Below, one piece after another: positions 27,416 through 36,603 of a DNA stretch of 64,000 nucleotides. Numbering within the stretch: the first letter of the stretch is position 1; every line of letters starts with the position of its first letter. A program made the translations under genes and the position numbers. The notes beneath the pieces were generated by a model. It was not told the DNA's origin. It did not search any database and saw only the letters and a list, made by a program, of their open reading frames with translations. Location of the stretch: NCBI GenBank assembly GCA_963744975.1, contig CAVUVR010000002.1:2785069-2849068 (forward strand). Reading direction: 5' to 3'. The stretch comes from an uncultured Alphaproteobacteria bacterium (GTDB lineage Bacteria > Pseudomonadota > Alphaproteobacteria > Rhizobiales > Xanthobacteraceae).

Positions 27416-27522
27416 ACCTGTTTTTTTCGGGCGAATCGCGCAAGACGGACACCGGTTTTGCGCTCGATTCCCTTCAAGTTCCGCAAGCCGGCTTCGAGAG
27501 ACAATCATTTGCGGATCGATCG

Positions 27523-29373
27523 ATGACCGACGCTGGCGCTCCTGCAATGCCCCCCGACGACCCCGACGGCGCCCATCAGGGCGGCTTCGATCTTGGCGCC
27601 GAGCCGATGCCCCCTGCGGGTGCGGGCACCCCCTACCGCGTGCTGGCACGCAAATATCGCCCCGCCGGCTTTGACGACCTGATCGGCCAGGAGGCCGTGG
27701 TCCGCACCGTCTCCAATGCGTTCGAAACCGGGCGTATTCCGCAAGCCTGGATCCTGACCGGCGTGCGCGGGGTCGGCAAGACCACCACGGCGCGGATCCT
27801 CGCCCGCGCGCTGAATTACGAACTGCCGGACGGCTCGATCAAGCGCCCGACCATCCACATGCCCACGCTCGGCGTGCATTGCCAGGCGATCATGGAAAGC
27901 CGGCACATGGACGTGCTGGAAATGGACGCAGCATCCCATACCGGCGTCGACGACGTACGCCAGATCAATGACAGCGTGCGCTATGCGCCTGCCAGCGCCC
28001 GCTACAAGGTCTACATCATCGACGAAGTCCACATGCTCTCGACCGCGGCGTTCAACGCGTTCCTCAAAACGCTGGAAGAGCCGCCGGAGCACGCCAAATT
28101 CGTGTTCGCCACCACCGAGATCCGCAAAGTACCGGTGACGGTGCTGTCGCGCTGCCAGCGTTTTGACCTGCGCCGGGTCGACGCCGACGTGCTGATGGCG
28201 CATCTCGCCAATATTGCGAGCAAGGAAAACGTCGACGCGGAACCCGAGGCGCTCGGCATCATCGCCCGCGCCGCGGAAGGCTCGGTGCGCGATTCGCTGT
28301 CGCTGTTCGATCAGGCGATCGCGCATGCCGCGGGCGTGGTGCGCGCCGATGCGGTGCGGCAGATGCTCGGGCTTGCCGACCGCACGAGGGTGATCGACCT
28401 GTTCGATTCCCTGGCGCGCGGCGACATCGCCAGCGCCTTCAAGGAATTCCGCGAGCAATACGACACCGGCGCCGATCCGATCGTGGTGCTGAGCGATCTC
28501 GCCGAATTCGTCAATTTCGTCACCCGCGTCAAAATCGTGCCGGCCACTGCGGATAACGTCGCGTTCGGCGAAACCGAGCGGCTGCGCGCCCGCGATTTTG
28601 CCGCAAAACTCTCGGTGCGCGTGCTGTCGCGGATGTGGCAGATGCTGCTGAAGGGCATCACCGAGGTGCAGGCTGCGACCCGGCCCGCGGCGGCGGCCGA
28701 AATGGTGCTGGTGCGCATCGCCTACGTCGCGGACATGCCGACGCCGGACGAAGCGATCCGGATGCTGGAGCAGAACGGCGGCGCGTCGCCGGTGGTCGGC
28801 AGTGCCGCGCCACGCAGCGCGCCGGCCGCCCCGTCCTCATCCATGCAATCGCCGCGGACATCTTCCGCGCCGCGCGCGAGCGCCGAGGCCTCGCCGCGTC
28901 CGCAGATGACCGAGCCGATGGCCGATGCGCAGTCGGCGCCGGCGCTGAAGCTGAACAGCTTTGCCGAACTGGTCGCGCTCGCCGCGGAGAAGCGCGACCT
29001 GATGACCAAGGCCGCGCTGGAGGCCGATGTCCGCCTGGTGCGAATGGAAGACGGCCGGCTCGAAGTGGCGCTGGAGCGCAGCGCCGCGCGCACGCTGATC
29101 AACGACCTGTCGCAAAAACTCGAGCAATGGACCGGCCGGCGCTGGACCGTGATCGTGTCCAACGAAGCGGGCCAGCCGACGCTGCGCTCGCAGGCGCTGC
29201 TAAAGCAAACCGAGCGCGAGCGATCGGCGGAATCCGATCCGCGCGTGAAAGAAGTGCTGGCGAGATTTCCCGGCGCGAAAGTGGTCGAGGTCCGAAAACT
29301 TGCCCCCGAGCCGCCGGAATCAGATGCCGGCGGTGAAGACCCCGCCGAGTTTTCAGACAGCGACGATCAATAA
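27523..29373 (+). CDS. dnaX: DNA polymerase III subunit gamma/tau
   Basis: LARKYRP, G.RGVGKTT, DEVHML and SRC motifs; start trimmed because the ORF-track extension runs through ffs. Confidence 0.96.
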   Translation: MTDAGAPAMPPDDPDGAHQGGFDLGAEPMPPAGAGTPYRVLARKYRPAGFDDLIGQEAVVRTVSNAFETGRIPQAWILTGVRGVGKTTTARILARALNYELPDGSIKRPTIHMPTLGVHCQAIMESRHMDVLEMDAASHTGVDDVRQINDSVRYAPASARYKVYIIDEVHMLSTAAFNAFLKTLEEPPEHAKFVFATTEIRKVPVTVLSRCQRFDLRRVDADVLMAHLANIASKENVDAEPEALGIIARAAEGSVRDSLSLFDQAIAHAAGVVRADAVRQMLGLADRTRVIDLFDSLARGDIASAFKEFREQYDTGADPIVVLSDLAEFVNFVTRVKIVPATADNVAFGETERLRARDFAAKLSVRVLSRMWQMLLKGITEVQAATRPAAAAEMVLVRIAYVADMPTPDEAIRMLEQNGGASPVVGSAAPRSAPAAPSSSMQSPRTSSAPRASAEASPRPQMTEPMADAQSAPALKLNSFAELVALAAEKRDLMTKAALEADVRLVRMEDGRLEVALERSAARTLINDLSQKLEQWTGRRWTVIVSNEAGQPTLRSQALLKQTERERSAESDPRVKEVLARFPGAKVVEVRKLAPEPPESDAGGEDPAEFSDSDDQ

Positions 29374-29392
29374 CACTCATAAGGAAAGACTC

Positions 29393-29713
29393 ATGGCTGA
29401 TTTTCTCGGCATGATGAAACAGGCAGCGCAGCTGCAATCGAAAATGCAGGCCATGCAGGAAGAACTCGACCGCGTCGAGGTCGAGGGCATATCCGGCGGC
29501 GGCCTCGTCACCATACGCATGACCGCGAAGATGGAAGTGAAGGCGGTCAAGATCGATCCCTCGCTGATCAAGGTTGACGAGCGCGAGATCCTCGAGGACC
29601 TCTTGGTCACCGCGCATAATGACGCGCGCCGCAAGGCGGAAGCCGCCATGCAGGAAAAGATGCAGGCGCTGACCGGCGGGCTGCAATTGCCGCCGGGGCT
29701 GGGCCTTACCTGA
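29393..29713 (+). CDS. ybaB: Nucleoid-associated protein YbaB/EbfC
   Basis: [26 protein letters not shown]; between dnaX and recR. Confidence 0.95.
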   Translation: MADFLGMMKQAAQLQSKMQAMQEELDRVEVEGISGGGLVTIRMTAKMEVKAVKIDPSLIKVDEREILEDLLVTAHNDARRKAEAAMQEKMQALTGGLQLPPGLGLT

Positions 29714-29714
29714 A

Positions 29715-30320
29715 ATGCCCACTGCGGTTGCCGGTCCCGAAATCGAACGCCTGATCCAGCTGCTGGCGCGGCTGCCCGGTCTCGGTCCGCGCTCGGCGCG
29801 GCGCGCGGCGCTGCACCTGATCAAGAAGCGCGAGGCGCTGATGACGCCGCTGGCCGGCGCGCTGCAGGTGGCGATCGACAAGATCGAGGTCTGCAAGACC
29901 TGCGGCAATATCGACACGCAAAATCCCTGCACGGTGTGCACGGATCTGCGGCGCGACCCGGCGATCATCGTGGTGGTCGCCGACGTCGCCGATCTGTGGG
30001 CGCTGGAACGCGCCCATGCCACAAATGGATTCTACCACGTGCTCGGCGCCACGCTGTCGCCGCTCGATGGCGTCGGCCCGCAGGATCTCACCATCGACGC
30101 GCTGGTGGCCCGCGCGCATGACCCGCGGGTGACGGAGATCATCCTCGCCCTGAATGCGACCGTCGACGGCCAGACCACCGCGCATTACATCACCGACCTG
30201 TTGCAGGACGCGAATGTGAAGGTGACGCGGCTGGCACATGGCGTGCCGGTCGGCGGCGAACTGGACTATCTCGATGAAGGCACGCTGTCGGCCGCGATGC
30301 GGCAGCGCACGTTGTTTTGA
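29715..30320 (+). CDS. recR: Recombination mediator RecR
   Basis: [11 protein letters not shown] HhH, C4 zinc finger, [18 protein letters not shown]. Confidence 0.97.
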   Translation: MPTAVAGPEIERLIQLLARLPGLGPRSARRAALHLIKKREALMTPLAGALQVAIDKIEVCKTCGNIDTQNPCTVCTDLRRDPAIIVVVADVADLWALERAHATNGFYHVLGATLSPLDGVGPQDLTIDALVARAHDPRVTEIILALNATVDGQTTAHYITDLLQDANVKVTRLAHGVPVGGELDYLDEGTLSAAMRQRTLF

Positions 30321-30324
30321 ACAC

Positions 30325-30436
30325 CGTCATTGCGAGCGAAGCGAAGCAATCCAGAGCCCCCCTCCCTTCCCTCCCCCGCTTGCGGGGGAGGGTTAGGGTG
30401 GGGGATTGCTTCGTCGCAAGGGCTCCTCGCAATGAC
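30325..30436. repeat. Composite REP: family C (CGTCATTGCGAG...CTCGCAATGAC) enclosing a C-rich/G-rich family H unit
   Basis: Nearly identical to 59946-60064. Confidence 0.85.
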
Positions 30437-30456
30437 CAATAACTGGAAGAGGACTT

Positions 30457-30885
30457 ATGACTGGAAGTGACTTCGGAAAATGTGCGGCGCTGGCAGCGGC
30501 CATCGTGCTTATGGCTGCGATTGAAGCACCGGCGCAGCAGGCCGAGCCGCCGGCGAAGGCGGGCAAGCTGATCAACGCAGGCGATATTCTGTCGGGGCAA
30601 CTCAACGCGATGCGGATGCGCGGGGCTAAGAAAGGCAAGCGCGTCAACACCTATCAGCTGGTCAGCGAGCCGCGCCGGCTGCCGCCGCCGAACGGGCTCT
30701 GCAACCTCGAGACCGGACCGGAAACATTCCAGATCGTCACCAATAGCGACGCGCAGACCGCACAGCTGAAGGGATTCATCGGCAAGGAAATCTCGTTGAA
30801 GGTCGACGAGGTCGCCTGCGCTGAGGATGCCGGGCAGATGAGTGAAGCCGTGGTGACAAAGTGGAGCGTGGTGACGAAGCATTAA
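30457..30885 (+). CDS. Hypothetical exported protein
   Basis: GAGG RBS, signal-like N-terminus, host codon usage, two Cys. Confidence 0.7.
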   Translation: MTGSDFGKCAALAAAIVLMAAIEAPAQQAEPPAKAGKLINAGDILSGQLNAMRMRGAKKGKRVNTYQLVSEPRRLPPPNGLCNLETGPETFQIVTNSDAQTAQLKGFIGKEISLKVDEVACAEDAGQMSEAVVTKWSVVTKH

Positions 30886-30898
30886 GTTGAAGCAAATC

Positions 30899-31013
30899 GT
30901 AGGGTGGGCAAAGGCGCTCTTGCGCCGTGCCCACCATCCCGTCGCGCATGTTGAGCGGCAATGGTGGGCACGCCGTCGGACGCATTCGCGTCCGACAGCT
31001 TTGCCCACCCTAC
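30899..31013. repeat. GTAG-type REP pair, family E (GTAGGGTGGGCAAA...TTTGCCCACCCTAC)
   Basis: Recurs at 49587, 57050 and 58709; its terminal CTAC supplies the ampG TAG stop. Confidence 0.85.
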
Positions 31014-32374
31014 ACCCGCACTGTCCCCAGCCCCTCGAAATGCCCGCGGCGCTGCAGCCACGCCAGCAGGATCAGGCTCGGGATCGCCGAGGCCGCACAC
31101 AGCGCGAAATATGCGGTCCAGCCGGTTGCCTCCGCCAGATATCCGCTGCCGAGCGCGAATATGGTGCGGCCGAACGCCGTCATGGCAGTCAACAGCGCGT
31201 ATTGTGTCGCCGTATGCAGCGGATTGTTGCATAGCGCGGACAGGTAGGCGACGAAAGTCACGGTACCGAGGGCGCTGGTGAAGTTCTCGGCGGTGATGGC
31301 AAAGGTGAGCCAGCCCGTGTGAGCGCCGACTACCGCCTGCCATGAGAAGGCAAGAATGGCGACGGTTTGCGTTATACCGCCAATCCACAGGCTGGTGCTG
31401 AGCGGATAGGCGCGGGCCACGAAGCCGCCGGCGAACCCACCGAGCAGGGCCGCGGCGAAACCGACACCTTTGATGATGGTGGCGAGTTCGATCCGCGAAA
31501 ACCCGATCTTGAGCACGAAGGTCGTGGTCATGGCGGCCGCCAGCGCATCGGCGAGCTTGAACAGGATGACGAACAACAGGATCGCGATCGCCGCGTCGCG
31601 TGCGAAAAAATCCCGCAGGCTGGCGACGGCGGTAAGAGTCAGCCGGTTCAGCGCGTTGTCACGCTGCGTGCCGACCTCGGCAATGGCTTGAACGGAATTA
31701 TCGGGTTCTGTGGCGGCGAGCGTCGCAGCAATTCCGATCAGAACAAGCAACGCCATCAGGAGATACGTGGCGTTATATGCAGCCTGCTTGTCCAACCCCA
31801 ATCCTACGAAACCGCTGACTAGAAAAAGAGCGCCTGCCCCCGAAACCAGTGCCGCTATGCGATAGGCTGCGACGTAAGACGCCATGCCGGCGGCCTGCTC
31901 GTTATCCGGCAGGCTTTCAACACGGAAAGCGTCGATGACGATGTCCTGCGTGGCAGAAGCAGTGGTGACCAACAGCGCCGCAAGCGCCACCAAAGCGGGG
32001 GAACGCGATGGATCGGACACGGCAAGAAGAACGATCGCGGCCATCAATATCAGTTGCGTCAGCACCAGCCAGCCACGACGGCGGCCGAGCAGCCGCGACA
32101 ATATCGGGACCTCGAGTGCATCGACCGCGGGAGACCATGCGAATTTCGCCAGATAGGGCACGCCGACCGCTGCAAACAAGCCGATGGTCTTGATGTCGAC
32201 GCCACTCTCGGTCATCCAGGCTTGCAGAGTCTGGCCGGCAAGCGAGAAAGGCAACCCGGCCGAGAACCCCAGTAACATAACGATCAGAACGCGGGGCTGC
32301 AGATACACCACCACTCCCTCGCGCCAGGAAGCGCGAGGTTTTGGAACAATGGAGGCGTCGGGAGTGCTGGTCAT
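31010..32374 (-). CDS. ampG: AmpG-family MFS muropeptide permease
   Basis: LGFSAGLP, KFAWSP.VD, SATQDIVIDAFR and ATQYALLT motifs. Confidence 0.9.
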   Translation of the reverse strand: MTSTPDASIVPKPRASWREGVVVYLQPRVLIVMLLGFSAGLPFSLAGQTLQAWMTESGVDIKTIGLFAAVGVPYLAKFAWSPAVDALEVPILSRLLGRRRGWLVLTQLILMAAIVLLAVSDPSRSPALVALAALLVTTASATQDIVIDAFRVESLPDNEQAAGMASYVAAYRIAALVSGAGALFLVSGFVGLGLDKQAAYNATYLLMALLVLIGIAATLAATEPDNSVQAIAEVGTQRDNALNRLTLTAVASLRDFFARDAAIAILLFVILFKLADALAAAMTTTFVLKIGFSRIELATIIKGVGFAAALLGGFAGGFVARAYPLSTSLWIGGITQTVAILAFSWQAVVGAHTGWLTFAITAENFTSALGTVTFVAYLSALCNNPLHTATQYALLTAMTAFGRTIFALGSGYLAEATGWTAYFALCAASAIPSLILLAWLQRRGHFEGLGTVRV

Positions 32375-32403
32375 GCCGCAGTGCTAGCAGATTCGCGGGG
32401 GCT

Positions 32404-32548
32404 CGTGCCCCGGACGCAGCGCAGCGCGTAGCCCTTGCGGAGCGGTGCGCTGCAGAGCCGGGCCCACGGTTACTTGCAACTCGAAGAAGAAACCGGGGTC
32501 CCGGCTCTGCGAAGCGGCATGAAGAATGCCGCATCGCGCCCGGGACAC
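32404..32548. repeat. REP-like element, family A (reverse orientation)
   Basis: Reverse complement of the family A copies. Confidence 0.85.
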
Positions 32549-32552
32549 CAGC

Positions 32553-33179
32553 TCAATCCAGCTTCGCCTCCATGCCGCGCTTGACGCCGGGGCGCGCCAT
32601 CAGCGCGTCATACCAGCGCCCGACGTTGGGGAAATCCGAAAACGCCACCTTGTGGCGCTCGTGCCGCCAGGCCCAGCCGAGAATCGCGAAATCGGCGACC
32701 GACAGGGAGCCAGCGACGAACTCACGATCCGACAGCCGGCGGTCCAGCACGCCATAGAGCCGCCGCGTCTCCGCCGAGTAGCGCTTCAGGCCATAGGCGC
32801 GGTCCTGCTCGTTGGTCAGCGCGATGAAATGATGCACCTGGCCCGGCATCGGCCCGAAGCCGCCCATCTGCCACATCAGCCATTCCAGCACCGGAATGCG
32901 CTCGATCAGCGGTCCCGGCAGGAACTTTCCGGTCTTCTCGCCGAGATACAGCAGGATCGCGCCGGACTCGAACACGCTGACGCGCTTTCCACCCGGCCCA
33001 TCGGGATCGACGATCGCGGGAATCTTGTTGTTCGGGCTTATGGCCAAAAATTCCGGCTTCATCTGGTCGCCCTTGGTGATGTCGACGGGAACGACCTTGT
33101 AAGGCAGCCCCATCTCCTCCAGCGCGACGCTGATTTTGCGGCCGTTCGGTGTGTTCCAGGTGTGCAGTTCGATGGTCAT
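32553..33179 (-). CDS. Glutathione S-transferase, YfcG-like
   Basis: [28 protein letters not shown]; start trimmed to MTIELH. Confidence 0.93.
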   Translation of the reverse strand: MTIELHTWNTPNGRKISVALEEMGLPYKVVPVDITKGDQMKPEFLAISPNNKIPAIVDPDGPGGKRVSVFESGAILLYLGEKTGKFLPGPLIERIPVLEWLMWQMGGFGPMPGQVHHFIALTNEQDRAYGLKRYSAETRRLYGVLDRRLSDREFVAGSLSVADFAILGWAWRHERHKVAFSDFPNVGRWYDALMARPGVKRGMEAKLD

Positions 33180-33243
33180 GCTCGTCGTACCCCGCGAAAG
33201 CGGGGTATCCAGTAACCCGGAACGTGACGGCGTTACAACCCAC

Positions 33244-33364
33244 CGTCGTCCCGGCAAACGCCGGGACCCATAACCACCGTATTTGTTGTGAGTCCGAATG
33301 TTTCAACGCTTCAAACCAAATCGCACCGACGGTGTGTATGGGTCCCGGCGTTCGCCGGGACGAC
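33244..33364. repeat. CGTC-type REP doublet, family B (64-nt spacer)
   Basis: Inverted arms in a divergent intergenic region. Confidence 0.86.
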
Positions 33365-33448
33365 AGGGTGTTGATGGCGCGGGATAAACTCTGGAATGTG
33401 CGGCCCTGGGCCGATAGATTGCGCCCGCCCCCACCAGAGACATCAGCC

Positions 33449-34012
33449 TTGTCCAAATCAGCCTCCCGCGCCCGCCTCGCCGAGATCATCCGCAAGCGAT
33501 CGTTCGGACGCGGCGAGATCACCCTCGCCTCCGGCCGCAAAAGCGATTTCTATTTCAACCTCAAGCCGACCATGCTCGACCCCGAGGGCGCGGCATTGCT
33601 GGCGGAATTGAGTTTTGAGGCGCTGAAGGATGACAACCTCGACTATATCGGCGGACTGGAAATGGGCGCGGTGCCGATCGCGGGTTCGATCGCACAGCTG
33701 TCATGGCTGAAGGGCCATCCGATCGCGGCCTTCTTCGTGCGCAAGAAGCCGAAAGAGCACGGCGCACGCCTCGCGGTCGAGGGGTTGGCCAAGGACGAGA
33801 CCCTGCAGGGCAAGCGCGTCGTCATTGTCGAGGACGTCACCACCACCGGCGGCTCCGCCATCAAGGCCGCCGACGCGGTGCGCGATGCCGGCGGCGAAAT
33901 CGCGCTGGTGTTCACCATGGTCGACCGCGAAGAAGGCGCCACGGAAAATTTTGCGGAGGCCGGGCTGGCGTTCCGCTCGCTGTACAAGGCGAGCGAGTTT
34001 TTGAAGGGGTGA
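33449..34012 (+). CDS. pyrE: Orotate phosphoribosyltransferase
   Basis: [24 protein letters not shown] motif [10 protein letters not shown]; TTG start inferred. Confidence 0.93.
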   Translation: MSKSASRARLAEIIRKRSFGRGEITLASGRKSDFYFNLKPTMLDPEGAALLAELSFEALKDDNLDYIGGLEMGAVPIAGSIAQLSWLKGHPIAAFFVRKKPKEHGARLAVEGLAKDETLQGKRVVIVEDVTTTGGSAIKAADAVRDAGGEIALVFTMVDREEGATENFAEAGLAFRSLYKASEFLKG

Positions 34013-34017
34013 TTTCT

Positions 34018-34165
34018 TCTCCCTCGCCCCGCTCTTGCGGGGAGAGGGTTGGGGTGAGGGGCTCTTCGATCCGCGAATACCGAAGTTGAAGTGAGCGCAG
34101 TGCCTCGCCCCTCACCCGGATTGCTTCGCAATCCGACCTCTCCCCGCGCAGAGCGGGGAGAGGTG
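34018..34165. repeat. Family H REP doublet (CCCTCTCCCCGC..GCGGGGAGAGG)
   Basis: Palindromic units; homologous to 39125-39351. Confidence 0.8.
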
Positions 34166-34323
34166 AAGAGCAACCTGCATTTCTTTTCGGCAATCCGGCG
34201 CGCGGTCACCGCTCGTTTACCATCCCCGCTTATGGTGAATCCCGGCTGAAGCGCGGTTCGCGGCGGCCGGTGTGTTGCGTTGGGGTGGAGTTCGCGTTGC
34301 GTAAAGAGTTGCGTGTTCAGCGC

Positions 34324-35094
34324 ATGCGGCGCCGCATGATGCTTGTCGCCATGGTAGTCTCGGGACCTGTCGCGCTAGGGCCGCGCGTGGCGTCCGCCGA
34401 AGGCTTGTTCGACTTCTTCTTCAGCCCGCAGAAGCAGCAACAGCGCCAGGCTCCGGCGCAAGCCAGCTTCTTTGCCGATCCGTTCGGCCTCAACCAGCAG
34501 CCCGCGCCGCCAAAGCCGGTGGCAACCGCGGGCTCCGGACCGGCGTTCTGCGTGCGCAGCTGCGACGGCAAGTATTTTCCGATTTCCTCGCGCGGCGCCG
34601 CGACGCCGGCGCAGATGTGCCAGGCGTTTTGTCCCGCCAGCGCGACCAAGGTCTTCTTCGGCAGTTCGATCGACGGCGCGTCGTCCTCTACCGGCGAGCG
34701 CTACGCCGACAGCGACAACGCCTTCGCCTACCGCAAGGCGCTGCGCGCCGATTGCACCTGCAACGGCCGCGATCCCGCCGGCCTCGCGCCGGTGGATCTG
34801 ACGCTCGACAGTTCGTTGCGTGCCGGCGACGTCGTCGCCACCACCAGCGGCCTGGTGGCCTATACCGGCGTCCGCCTCGGCACCAGCCAGGCCGCGGATT
34901 TCACGCCGGTCGCCTCCTATCCAGGCCTCACCGCGGAGGTCCGTGCCCGGCTCGGCGAGATGAAGGTCGCACCGGTCGTCGCCGAGACGGTCGCCAATGA
35001 CGCGCCGCTTGCAGAGGTCAGCCGCGACGTGCTCCCCGTGACCGTCGTTCCGAAAACCTCGGCGGCACGAGCGAAACGCGCGGAAGCCAATTAG
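34324..35094 (+). CDS. DUF2865-type exported Cys-containing protein
   Basis: FCVRSCDGKYFP..CQAFCP..Y....NAF.YRK....CTC pattern; start approximate. Confidence 0.75.
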   Translation: MRRRMMLVAMVVSGPVALGPRVASAEGLFDFFFSPQKQQQRQAPAQASFFADPFGLNQQPAPPKPVATAGSGPAFCVRSCDGKYFPISSRGAATPAQMCQAFCPASATKVFFGSSIDGASSSTGERYADSDNAFAYRKALRADCTCNGRDPAGLAPVDLTLDSSLRAGDVVATTSGLVAYTGVRLGTSQAADFTPVASYPGLTAEVRARLGEMKVAPVVAETVANDAPLAEVSRDVLPVTVVPKTSAARAKRAEAN

Positions 35095-35095
35095 G

Positions 35096-35208
35096 CGTCA
35101 TTGCGAGCCAACGGGTCGCGCGAACGCGCGCCCGATGACAGACTCCGCGAAGCAATCCAGAGGCAAGCGACGACTGGATTGCTTCGTCGCTACGCTCCTC
35201 GCAATGAC
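35096..35208. repeat. REP doublet, family C
   Basis: CGTCATTGCGAG...CTCGCAATGAC. Confidence 0.85.
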
Positions 35209-35213
35209 CGGTG

Positions 35214-35645
35214 TCACCGCCCGACGATGACGCCGATCACATTCGGCGCCGCAAGATACTTGTCCTCGATCGCCGCGCGCGCCGCTGCGCGATTTTCCGG
35301 CGTCAGCAGCCCGCGTTTTTCGGCCAGGATCATCCAGCAAAAACCCCACCAGTCCGTCAGCATGCCGTTGTCGTCGACGAGGTCGTAACCCTGCCCGGCG
35401 GCAAAAATCCGCGCCTGCGCCTCGTCCAGCGCATCGAGAAAGGCGTGGTCGGCGGCGGAGAACAGCTCGTCACTGAAATCATCTGTCGTGTAGCCCCACA
35501 CCGACAGGCACACCGCGTTGAACTCGCGGTCGAACTGGTCGTCATCCACGGGCTTGCGCCGCGAGACGGTATGCAGCCGCGACAGCGAGCGCGCGAAGTC
35601 GGCAATGCGGGTGAGCGCGAATTGATCGAAGGCGATGGTGGACAT
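35214..35645 (-). CDS. Hypothetical protein
   Basis: GAGG RBS, host codon usage; no family recognised. Confidence 0.7.
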   Translation of the reverse strand: MSTIAFDQFALTRIADFARSLSRLHTVSRRKPVDDDQFDREFNAVCLSVWGYTTDDFSDELFSAADHAFLDALDEAQARIFAAGQGYDLVDDNGMLTDWWGFCWMILAEKRGLLTPENRAAARAAIEDKYLAAPNVIGVIVGR

Positions 35646-35730
35646 GTAGTCCTCGCAAGCTTGAACAGACCATAGATGTTGTGTCGGCGATGCGCCGAAT
35701 CACTATGATATATCAAAGACTTGCTAAAGT

Positions 35731-35745
35731 GTTCTTAATTTGTTC
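35731..35745. promoter_or_regulatory. Alphaproteobacterial LexA (SOS) box
   Basis: Exact GTTC-TTAATTT-GTTC in an AT-rich divergent promoter region. Confidence 0.75.
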
Positions 35746-35758
35746 TATTACCTCTTTA

Positions 35759-36152
35759 CGTCGTCCCGGCGAACGCCGGGACCCATAACCCCTGGCGCCA
35801 AAATTATCGCAGGGAGTCGCCGCGCATGAACACCGCAGGCCCTTGGTACGTCTACATTCTCGCAAGCGGCCGGCACGGAACGCTTTACATTGGAATCACC
35901 AATAATCTTCGACTGGAGCAGCATCGCGCCGGCCGCGGCTCAAAGTTCGTCAAGCAGTACGGGGTCTACCGCCTTGTCTATGTCGAAGAGTATTCATCGC
36001 CGCTCGAGGCAATCGCACGAGAGAAGCAGTTGAAGAACTGGCAGCGCGACTGGAAAATCCAGTTGATCGAAGAGAATAATCTGCACTGTGGCGATCTGTC
36101 CCACCTGCTCTGAGGCCAGGGGTTATGGGTCCCGGCGTTCGCCGGGACGACG
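35759..36152. mobile_element. REP-bounded GIY-YIG cassette (candidate coding version of family B REP doublets)
   Basis: Perfect 38/38 inverted arms at 35759-35796 and 36115-36152 enclosing only the nuclease gene. Mobility is inferred. Confidence 0.6.
35826..36113 (+). CDS. GIY-YIG nuclease (YhbQ/UPF0213-like)
   Basis: WYVYIL...GTLYIGIT, AIAREKQLKNW.R.WK; GGGAG RBS; appears two residues short between NNL and the conserved R. Confidence 0.88.
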   Translation: MNTAGPWYVYILASGRHGTLYIGITNNLRLEQHRAGRGSKFVKQYGVYRLVYVEEYSSPLEAIAREKQLKNWQRDWKIQLIEENNLHCGDLSHLL

Positions 36153-36158
36153 AGAACC

Positions 36159-36389
36159 TCACATCCCCGACACCATCTTGTCCCCACAATAATTGGCGTA
36201 GAACTTTCCGCCACACTGCCGGCGCATCGCGGCGCAGCGCGCGGCGGGGGAGGCATTTTTCGCGACGCTGAACGAGCAGCCGAGGCCGTCGGCGCTGCGG
36301 CCGGCCTTGCCGGCGGCAAACGCCGCGCTGGTGGCGGTGATGCAGAACAGCAGCAAGGCTGCGGCGGCGATTTCGATGGTCAGTCTCAT
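36159..36389 (-). CDS. Small exported four-Cys hypothetical protein (76 aa)
   Basis: AGGAG RBS, signal peptide MRLTIEIAAAALLLFCITATSAAFA, four Cys in the mature part. Confidence 0.65.
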   Translation of the reverse strand: MRLTIEIAAAALLLFCITATSAAFAAGKAGRSADGLGCSFSVAKNASPAARCAAMRRQCGGKFYANYCGDKMVSGM

Positions 36390-36603
36390 GGCGCGCTCCT
36401 CTAACATTGCCTTGAAAACTCGCTTGGCCCAACGTCTCCGGATGCCATCATAGCAGCAATCGCGGCGCCCCGCAGGCGGCCGGAAGCGGCCCGGTCCTTG
36501 CATAAAAGCCATGCATTGCAGCGCACAAGCGCGGCAATGGGGCGGGTTTCGATCCCGCCATAATCCGCGTATGATTCCGTGCGGCGCACTCCGGGATTCC
36601 GAT

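Noticed and set aside
27301-27522. ORF-track N-terminal extensions of dnaX (also pyrE 33149, hrpB 18886, GT39 49672, GST 33257, chvI 43605)
   Set aside because: They read through ffs, REP units or promoter DNA; downstream starts match the expected protein N-termini.
31010-32374. ampG as horizontally replaced
   Set aside because: Only patchy GC reduction (~55% in the 120 bp counted), too weak to call without phylogeny.
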